Assembly (NCBI GenBank): GCA_016699365.1
Contig: CP064973.1
Location: 64,195 to 128,194 of the forward strand
Source: Candidatus Nomurabacteria bacterium
GTDB taxonomy: Bacteria; Patescibacteriota; Minisyncoccia; Phycocordibacterales; UBA9973
DNA: 64,000 nucleotides
Direction of reading: 5' to 3'
Both the position numbers and the translations under genes were made by a program. Below, piece after piece: positions 56,479 to 64,000 of the stretch. How positions within the stretch are numbered: position 1 is the stretch's first letter; every line of letters starts with the position of its first letter. Below the pieces are notes generated by a model, which saw nothing but the letters and a program-made list of their open reading frames with translations, did no database searches and was not told where the DNA came from.

Positions 56479-57294
56479 TTATCTATTTAATCTAATCAAA
56501 TTTCTAAATAATACTGCAATCGTAATAGGACCAATACCCCCAGGAACTGGAGTTAGTAAGCTAGCTTTACTTAAAACACCACTATCAACATCACCTAAAA
56601 TCTTTACACCTACTTCACTTGTCCCGGCATCTATTAAGATAACACCATCTTTTATATTATCGTTTTTTATAAGACCAGGAGATCCTGCGCCGGAAATCAC
56701 TATGTCTGCATTTAATAAAACTTCGTTGAAATCCATACTAGAACGAGTGAGTACTGTAGGCCTTATACCTAAACCCTCCAACCATATCCGCGCTGGATCA
56801 CCCACGAGCCTACCCTTACCAATTATGACTATTTTTTTATCCTTTAGGTCTACGGAATACTCTTTGAAAATTTCATCAATAGCACCAATTACTGGAGGTA
56901 GTACACCCTTCTCTTTTCCTAGATTTATAAATGTATCTTCTCTCAAAAGATCGGTGTCATTATCTTGTGGAATATTAGAAATAATCTTTTCTTGATCTAA
57001 ATGTTTTGGAAGTGGGAGCTGGACAATTATTCCTGTATTTTTATCTACAGAGTTTTTTATCTTCTCTATAAGTTCGTTTTCACTTATACTCTCATCTAAA
57101 TTAATAATTTCTACAGCAATACCAATACTTTCACCAAATTTCTTTTTTAAATTTACAAAAACATCTATAACTGGATTATTCCCAATATAAAAAAGTACAA
57201 GCTTTGGTTTAGAATCCATATTCGAAATATCAAGAATTAAATCTTCTTTTATCTTGTCTCGTATTTTCTTTCCATCAACTATTTGTGTTTGCAT
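56479..57294 (-). CDS. folD: bifunctional methylenetetrahydrofolate dehydrogenase/cyclohydrolase
   Basis: 271 aa, MQTQIVDGKKI...VPGGIGPITIAVL, typical FolD. Confidence 0.9.
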   Translation of the reverse strand: MQTQIVDGKKIRDKIKEDLILDISNMDSKPKLVLFYIGNNPVIDVFVNLKKKFGESIGIAVEIINLDESISENELIEKIKNSVDKNTGIIVQLPLPKHLDQEKIISNIPQDNDTDLLREDTFINLGKEKGVLPPVIGAIDEIFKEYSVDLKDKKIVIIGKGRLVGDPARIWLEGLGIRPTVLTRSSMDFNEVLLNADIVISGAGSPGLIKNDNIKDGVILIDAGTSEVGVKILGDVDSGVLSKASLLTPVPGGIGPITIAVLFRNLIRLNR

Positions 57295-57302
57295 TTTATA
57301 TT

Positions 57303-58423
57303 TTACAATCCAAGAAATTCGTTACGCATATCATCTCTGTGTATTGCTCGAGCATACTTACGCATACTCATCAAAATACCAAGACCTAAAAATGAAGTGA
57401 GCAGGTGCGAACCTCCGTAACTCATAAAAGGCAATGTAATTCCCGTAACTGGCATAAGGCCGATATTCATCCCAACATTGATTATAAAGTGACTCATAAA
57501 AAGTATTGCGAGACCCATACCAAAAAGCACTTCGAAGTTTGATGAACCATGCATAGCATTTGCAAGTATCCTCCAGAAAACTATCCCGTATAAAATGAAA
57601 AGTAATAAAACTCCTATGAATCCCCATTCTTCGGTATAAGCAGAAAATATAAAGTCTGTCTCATATTCTGGTAAAAATTGTAGTCTAGACTGAGTGCCGT
57701 ATCCTACCCCTTTGCCCAATATCTCCCCTGAACCAACTGCTATGGTCGACTGGTAAGCATTGTATCCAGTACCCTGTATATCAGCCAAAGGATGGATGAA
57801 GTTCATGATTCGAGCTTTTTGATAGGGCTGAAAAACAAATAACCACAGAATAGTAAATATCACAGCTCCGGCACCAACTACAAACATCAAATGTTTTTTT
57901 GACATCCCAGATACCAAGACCATCCCAAACCATGTCAAAAATATAATAATTGCACTACCAAAGTCTGGCTGTAAAAAACTAATATAAATGGAACAAAAGC
58001 ATATAACCCAGAAATAACTATATGCCTCCAGTGAGCAATCTCCACATGTCTTCGAGAAAAATATTTTGCAAGCATCAAAACCACAACAAGCTTCATCATG
58101 TCTGAGGGCTGGAGAGATATTCCTCCAAAATCAAACCAACTCTGCGCCCCTTTCGATACTGTTCCAACAACAAACAAAGCTAAGAGTAAGCCACAAAAAA
58201 ACAAGAAAAGATACACCAATACATCTGTGCGTTTCAATATTCTCACATCGATAGAAGAGACAACAAAGAAAACAATAAAGGATATAAGTATCCACAATAA
58301 CTGCCTATCAAACAGAACTGCTTGCCCTGTAAAAGAATGCATCGTGATCAACCCTGCAAACAAAATAGGTAAAAGGGCTAAAATCAAAATCCAGTCAATT
58401 TTTCGTATATTTCTCTCTATCAT
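57303..58423 (-). pseudogene. SEDS-family peptidoglycan glycosyltransferase (FtsW/RodA), frameshifted at a T6 homopolymer
   Basis: ORF 57935..58423 carries the N-terminal half including the LQPSDMMKL motif. The frame of ORF 57303..57938 extends upstream without a start and encodes the conserved …FLQPDFGSAIIIF… motif, then the C-terminal half (GTQSRLQFLPEYETDFIF...). The switch maps to the A6/T6 run at 57973-57978. Confidence 0.7.
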
Positions 58424-58426
58424 AAA

Positions 58427-59254
58427 TTAGCGAAGTGGGATTTCAAAAACACTTGTTCTAGGATATATCTTTTTATTTACTATGTTTTCCATAAAAGGCG
58501 CAGGCCAAGTGAAGAATACTTGATCTCTTGAGCCAGGCAGTATGCTTTCTACGATAGTAGAACTAGCTCCGACTACGTTCTCATTCTCATCAAAAAGTAG
58601 AGCTACAGCCGTGATGTTTGATATTTCATAAATAGAAGAATTTTCAATATCTGCGATTAGTCTAGGTCGAGTCCCTAAATTTTCTATCTGAATATCTTGT
58701 GATGACAAAAATACATCTAGTGCTCTTGGGTCTACGCGTTCAAAACGAGGGGGTCCTTTGAATTCAAAAATTGTATATTTAGGAGGACGATTGCCTACAT
58801 CTACTCCTCCTTCAAAAACTACAAATGCTCCGTTTGGATTTACATAAGTAACACCCTCACGTTTTGCGATAAATATATTATCTGCATCATATATACGGAA
58901 TTCATAATTTATACTACGGATTCCAGCATCGCGATTTGGGTTTTCTATATATGCGACTAAGTTATAAATACTTCCCGTAACAGGGAGAGCTCGTGACCAT
59001 TGTATAGTTAGAGGCTGCACATCATTTACACAATATAATTTACATATTCCCCCACAGTCTACCCCAGACTCAGTGCCGTTTTGTCTACCATCAGAACATG
59101 TAGCGGGTTTGGTAATTTTTGGAACGATAATAAGTGCGAGGATTATAAGTCCACATGCAATCAAAATCGCAAGGATTGTAAGTTGTCGTTTGTGTGCCCA
59201 AGTCATATGAAATAAGTATATATTATTGGAGCTAAAGTATAAAGCAAAAACCAC
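58427..59254 (-). CDS. hypothetical membrane-anchored protein with Cys-rich segment
   Basis: 275 aa. TM anchor (LTILAILIACGLIILALIIV) followed by CSDGRQNGTESGVDCGGICKLYC. Confidence 0.4.
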   Translation of the reverse strand: MVFALYFSSNNIYLFHMTWAHKRQLTILAILIACGLIILALIIVPKITKPATCSDGRQNGTESGVDCGGICKLYCVNDVQPLTIQWSRALPVTGSIYNLVAYIENPNRDAGIRSINYEFRIYDADNIFIAKREGVTYVNPNGAFVVFEGGVDVGNRPPKYTIFEFKGPPRFERVDPRALDVFLSSQDIQIENLGTRPRLIADIENSSIYEISNITAVALLFDENENVVGASSTIVESILPGSRDQVFFTWPAPFMENIVNKKIYPRTSVFEIPLR

Positions 59255-59297
59255 CGAGTTTTCTCGATGTTTTTATTTTTAGAAATATATACTTTGT

Positions 59298-59402
59298 TCT
59301 GGCGACTACCTACTTTTGCCCTAAGACTATCATCGGCACAACAGCGCTTAACTTCTTTGTTCGGAATGGAAAAAGGTGTGACCACTGCGTCAAATCACCA
59401 GA
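59298..59402 (-). rRNA. rrf: 5S ribosomal RNA
   Basis: Minus strand TCTGGTGATTTGACGCAGTGGTCACACC...CCGAACAAAGAAGTTAAGCGCTGTTGTGCCGATGATAGT...GTCGCCAGA aligns with bacterial 5S (CCGAAC...GAAGTGAAAC...GCCGATGGTAGT). Ends pair as helix I. Confidence 0.8.
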
Positions 59403-59937
59403 ACAAAACATATATTTTTTCTATGGAACGAAATGTGTATTGAAAAACACCTCGGCAGGTACGACGGTACCGTACGGAGAAAATTTCTAGCAAGAAATTT
59501 TTGTGTGTTTTGAAATATACATGAGTGTATATTGTATGTGATTTTCAGATTTCCTAATAGGAATCGAATAATTAGTACTTCTCGGCTCAACACATTACTG
59601 TGCGTACACCTAAAGCCTATCAACGTGATCATCTCTCACGGTTCTCAAACGATTCCTTATCTTAGGGGGGGCTTCCTTCTTAGATGCTTTCAGAAGTTAT
59701 CCCTTCCCGACATAGCTACCGAGCAGTCCATTTGGTAATAGAGCTCGTACACCAGAGGTCAGTCCACTCCGGTCCTCTCGTACTAGGAGCAGCGCCCTTC
59801 AAGAATCAACGAGCGCAGTAGATAGGAGACCAACCTGTCTCACGACGGTTTGAACCCAGCTCGCGTACCTTTTTAATTAGCGAACAGCTAAACCCTTGGC
59901 AGCTTCTCCACCGCCAGGATAAGGTGAGCCGACATCG

Positions 59938-60299
59938 CTGTCGATTTATCTCAAGAAAAATAAAAAACTTTTCAATCTTTCTTGAGAGTCTTCTGTCACC
60001 AGAAGGATCGGACTATATCTTCATCCTTTCATATAAATATGATTAGGAGATTGGCGTTTAGTCTCTGAGGATTCTTCATGTCTTTTGTAAAAAAGATTTA
60101 GAAGTCTTTCCTGCTGATTGTCTCAACATGCATAATTTTTTAAAACCACTCAGTATATTCTTTCGAATTGCTGTTTGGGTATATGCATTTAAAAGAGAGT
60201 TCCAGCATTTGGCCAATTTTTTGTATCTTTTATTTTGCTATCTACAACAAATATAAAAGACGGCTAATAATATCTCTATCATGGCACCCCGATATGTTA
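59938..60299 (-). mobile_element. group I intron (362 nt, ORF-less) in 23S rRNA domain V (E. coli ~2500 region)
   Basis: Exon sequence ...GGAGTTCGGCACCT | [insert] | CGATGTCGGCTC. 5' exon ends in U, insert ends in G. The insert contains S-element AAGATATAGTCC (plus 60010-60021, rc) and R-like TCAGAGACTAAACG. Confidence 0.75.
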
Positions 60300-60521
60300 A
60301 GGTGCCGAACTCCGCCGTCGATATGAACTCTTAGGCGGAACTAGCCTGTTATCCCCGGAGTAGCTTCTATCCGTTAATCTTCGGCCGCATCTAATGCGTA
60401 CCATCGGTTCACTAGGTTCTGCTTTCGCACCTGCTCGAGATGTCCCTCTTACAGTCAAGCCAGCTTGTGCCCTTACACTATCGGCACGATTTCCATACGC
60501 GCCTAGCTGACCTTAATAAAC

Positions 60522-60562
<41 letters not shown>

Positions 60563-60869
60563 ACCCACCAGATACTGTCTCTCTGTGTTTTTGCCACAGG
60601 GATTAGAATATACATGTCACAAGAATGGTATTTCACTGACGAGTATTACACAGCCGAGACCGTGCACATAACCTCTCCCATCTATGCTACGCAGGTAAAA
60701 CGTATATTCAATATCAAGTTGTAGTAAAGCTTCCGGGGTCTTTTCGTCTATCTGCGCTTAACCGGCATCTTCACCGGTATTGTATTTTCACCGAGCTATT
60801 CCCCGAGACAGTTCTCCAGTCATTACACCATTCGTGCGCGTCGGAACTTACCCGACAAGGTATTTCGCT

Positions 60870-61075
60870 CTTCTATACCTAAGAAGGACTCTATCTTCAT
60901 CCTCTCTTTCGAGGTGGGATGCTTGACGCTGGTCTCTCGTTAGTCAAGTTTGGACCACATATCATTACTGACATGTAGGTAGCTTTCGAATGATTTAATA
61001 ATTTTTTAATTTAATTGTTTACCTTTTTCTACAACAGTCCCAGTCCTTTCACATACAACCGAAGTCATATGCGAA
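60870..61075 (-). mobile_element. small group I-like intron (206 nt, ORF-less) in 23S rRNA at the GGTCCTAAGGT|AGCGAAAT site (E. coli ~1917 region)
   Basis: Conserved exon junction GGTCCTAAGGT ... AGCGAAATaCCTTGTCGGGTAAGTTCCGAC interrupted by a 206-nt AT-rich insert containing AAGATAGAGTCC (S-like) and GAGAGACCAGCG (R-like). Exon ends in U, insert ends in G. Confidence 0.6.
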
Positions 61076-61110
<35 letters not shown>

Positions 61111-61961
61111 CAGGGCTTATATCAGTCAGCTTCTCCCTACCCGAAGGCAGAGAGAAACCGCCGATATTTGACCTTCTCGCATTGGTCAGGTGTCACCCCC
61201 TATACATCCTCTTACGAGTTCGCAGGGAGCTGTGTTTTTGGTAAACAGTTGCCAGAGATACTTTCGCTGCGCCCCCCATAATGGTGAACTACAATATAAA
61301 TACTGAAGTCACCATTATGGGGGGAAGCCTTATTCCGAAGTTACGGCTGCTTTTTTGCCGAGTTCCTTGGGGAACACTCACTCGTTCGTCTTGGTCTTCT
61401 CGACCCGATCACCTGTGTTGGTTTGCGGTACGGTTTCTGTTCTGTTATGCTTAGAAATTTTTCTTGGAAGCGTGCTTTGTAAAATTTACATGGGCGAACC
61501 CACATATTTATGCTCTACTTGGATGTCGCTTTTACGCCAGTTTCCGGATTTGCCTAGAAACCACCCTCATAGCACAAACAGAAATCCAATAATCTGCTCT
61601 ACATACTACCCTCCGTCCTTCCATCGCACAGAAAAGAAGTCATGGAATATTAACCATGTGTCCATCACGTTCGGCTATCGCCATCTGCTTAGGACCGACT
61701 AACCCTTGGCTGATCAACATCGCCAAGGAAACCTTGATCTTTCGACGTGCAGGGATCTCACCTGCATTGCGGTTACTTGTGCCAACATTCTTACTTCGAC
61801 ACGCTCCAGCATGGGTCACCCCTTTGCCTTCAACGCAGAGTCGAATACTCTCCTACCACTCCATATTTCCTCAGAAATATGAAATCCTCAAATTCGGTAC
61901 AATGCTTAGCCCCGATTATCTGCGGCGCGGAATCTCTTGATGAGTGAGCTGTTACGCTTTC

Positions 61962-61993
<32 letters not shown>

Positions 61994-62572
61994 TCATTGT
62001 CGAAGAAATTCCACATCCTTGGTTTGCACTTAACATTGATTTAGGGACCTTAATTAGAGATCTGGGCTGTTTCCCTTTTTACTGACGGAGCTTCGCCCCC
62101 GTAGTCTAACTGCTGCGCTTTTAACTCTTGGTATTCGGAGTTTGATAGATGTCGCGAGATTGCTCCCTGTCGAAATCTTCCAGTGCTCTACCCCCAAGAG
62201 GAACGCACAACGCTAGCCCTAAAGCTATTTCGGAGAGAACCAGCTATTACCAGGTTCGATTAGCTTTTCACTCCAACCCACAAGTCATCCGAGAGTGTTA
62301 AACGGCTCACCGGTTCGGGCCTCCAGTGTGATTTCTCACACCTTCACCCTGCTCATGGGTAGCTCACCTGGCTTCGGGTCTTATGTATACTACCAATTAC
62401 GCGCTATTAACACTTGGTTTCCCTGCAGCTCCAGTCTTTTAAAACTTTAGCTAAGCAGCATACATAAACTCGTTGGCTCATTCTTCAATAGGCACGCCAT
62501 GGCGGACCCGAAGGCCCGCTCTGACTCTTTGTAAACATATGGTTTCAGGTCTATTTCACTGTCCTTTCGGAC

Positions 62573-62611
<39 letters not shown>

Positions 62612-63365
62612 ATCTCTACATGTATTTAGCCTTGCCGGTTAGTTCCGGCGGATTCCCTCAAGCTATTCGTGTCTTGAGGTACTCAAGAATGACAACAAAA
62701 GAGATATATTAATTTCGTGTACCGGGCTATCACCGTCTTTGGCGTTGCTTTCCAACAACTTCTACTATCAATACATTTTGTAACTCTTTACGTAATAAAA
62801 CGTCGTTATCACCTTACAACCCCGATTAATAATATCTTGCGACATTATCATTCGGTTTGGGCTCTTTCCATTTCGCTCGCCGCTACTTCGGAAATTTTGT
62901 CCTTACGGACTTTGTTTTCTTTTCCTCCAGGTACTGAGATGTTTCACTTCCCTGGGTATACTCTTTTTGATTAATCAAAAAGTTATTGAGGTTTACTCAA
63001 TAGGGTTTCCCCATTCGGAGATCTTCGGATATATCGGTTGCTAGGCACCTCCCCGAAGCTTATCGCAGCCATGCTACGTCCTTCATCGCCATGTAGAGTC
63101 AAGGCATCCACCATATGCTCTTAATTTCCTATTAGGAAATCTAAAAACCACATACTCACTAAATACTCTCTCCGGAATATTTAGTGTTTTGAATTCATAC
63201 TAAAACCAAAATCCAACCGCTTGGATAATATCAATATCTAGTATGAATTCACTCTGTTTACGACACGACTTAAAAGACCCCATGTTCTAGATAACCTAGA
63301 ACAAAAAGATTGTATGCCGTAACAGAATTCAGTTTTCAATGAGTAATCGTCCGGTAAATTTTTGA

Positions 63366-63392
63366 CTAAAAAAACCGCCATTTGGCGGGCCA
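63366..63392 (-). terminator. rho-independent terminator upstream of the 23S promoter region
   Basis: Minus strand GCCCGCCAAATGGCGG hairpin followed by TTTTTTT. Confidence 0.5.
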
Positions 63393-63532
63393 AGCTAAAA
63401 CAAAAGAGTTTTAGAATCCCCGCTTAGACTTTGTTTTGTTAGTTATATTCATAACAGTACAAAGAGTATATAGGAACCAAAATCCAATGTCAAGCTTTTT
63501 CTTGTAATATTCTGAGAGTATTAAAATATAAT

Positions 63533-63562
63533 AAAAGCCCTTAAAAATAAGGGCTTTTTAAA
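63533..63562. terminator. bidirectional rho-independent terminator
   Basis: aagccc-ttaaaaataa-gggctt hairpin flanked by A/T runs, directly after the 63567..63920 gene. Confidence 0.55.
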
Positions 63563-63566
63563 TACT

Positions 63567-63920
63567 TTATTTATCTATATTTTCAATAAATTTACCGAGA
63601 CCAGAATGCAAATTTTTAAGTCCGGTTTTCATAGTTTCCTTCAAATCTTTACTGAAGTCTTTTCCAGCATCTTTCATGCGAAGATATGTTTGCAGTGCAG
63701 AACGTCCTGTAGAAATAGCACTGAATTGAAACTGGCCTTCAACATGAAATGTATCGAGTAAATCATACTCTGATAAATAACATACGGAAAACACATTATC
63801 AAAAACCCTACCAATGAAAACCACTTCGCCGGGCATAAGCTTTTCCTTGCTGCTAAGCGGAGACAAGAGCAAATTTTTATATTCATCTCCATAAGTTTCA
63901 CTGCTTAATTTTTTAAACAA
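63567..63920 (-). CDS. hypothetical protein
   Basis: 117-aa ORF upstream of the rRNA locus. It occupies the place where a 16S gene would be in a canonical operon. Confidence 0.35.
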   Translation of the reverse strand: MFKKLSSETYGDEYKNLLLSPLSSKEKLMPGEVVFIGRVFDNVFSVCYLSEYDLLDTFHVEGQFQFSAISTGRSALQTYLRMKDAGKDFSKDLKETMKTGLKNLHSGLGKFIENIDK

Positions 63921-64000
63921 AGCCTCAGCTTTATTTTCAGTGACAATGAAAAATAAAGTCGCAATCTTCGGACTTGTTGTAACTACTTCCTCAAATGACA

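Noticed and set aside
57303-58423. Treating the two SEDS ORFs as a genuinely split FtsW/RodA
   Set aside because: The downstream ORF's frame encodes the conserved LQPDFGS motif upstream of any start codon. The switch is at a T6 run, so an indel or slippage is more likely than a real split.

Overview
AT-rich bacterial chromosomal window that looks like a reduced genome, possibly a CPR/Patescibacteria-type symbiont. The supporting signs are short versions of RpoB, DnaE, SMC, PheT and ThrRS, several unusual domain fusions, and an rRNA locus that carries introns and lacks an adjacent 16S gene. Coding density is high and there are many hairpin+T-run terminators.

Gene content: core information-processing genes are rpoB and a 5'-partial rpoC, dnaE, gyrB, rnr, rnc, rnhB, an SMC-like gene, rpsP, rpmF, trmD, thrS, pheS, pheT, secD, secF, folD and htpX. 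These are interspersed with cell-envelope enzymes, DNA-repair genes (Tag, an Atl-like alkyltransferase, a UvrD-like helicase plus a PD-(D/E)xK nuclease), a small redox/metal cluster (MsrB, a DoxX protein with a cysteine-rich tail, a zinc-ribbon protein) and many hypothetical proteins.

RNA genes: tRNA-Ser(GGA) on the minus strand sits in a roughly 1 kb GC-rich non-coding region, followed further on by a minus-strand 23S-5S rRNA pair without an adjacent 16S.

Most notable findings:
- The 23S rRNA appears to be interrupted by two small ORF-less group I introns, at the E. coli-equivalent ~1917 and ~2500 sites, with recognisable R/S core elements.
- Three genes between 51.6 and 58.4 kb are frameshifted, two of them exactly at T6/T9 homopolymers. 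This points to assembly indel errors or slippage-prone tracts.
- A NusB-NUDIX fusion and an L,D-transpeptidase / DD-carboxypeptidase / CapA tri-domain fusion.
- A secreted phage-tail-fibre-like protein with a C-terminal S74 intramolecular chaperone domain.
- pheS and pheT separated by an inserted coiled-coil gene.
- A GC-rich two-gene islet at about 40.4-41.7 kb.
- Type II glutamine synthetase and 4-hydroxyphenylpyruvate dioxygenase genes.

I saw no CRISPR array, integrase or transposase, and no single locus I can confidently call a new defined system. The tail-fibre-like locus and the intron-bearing rRNA are the strongest leads.
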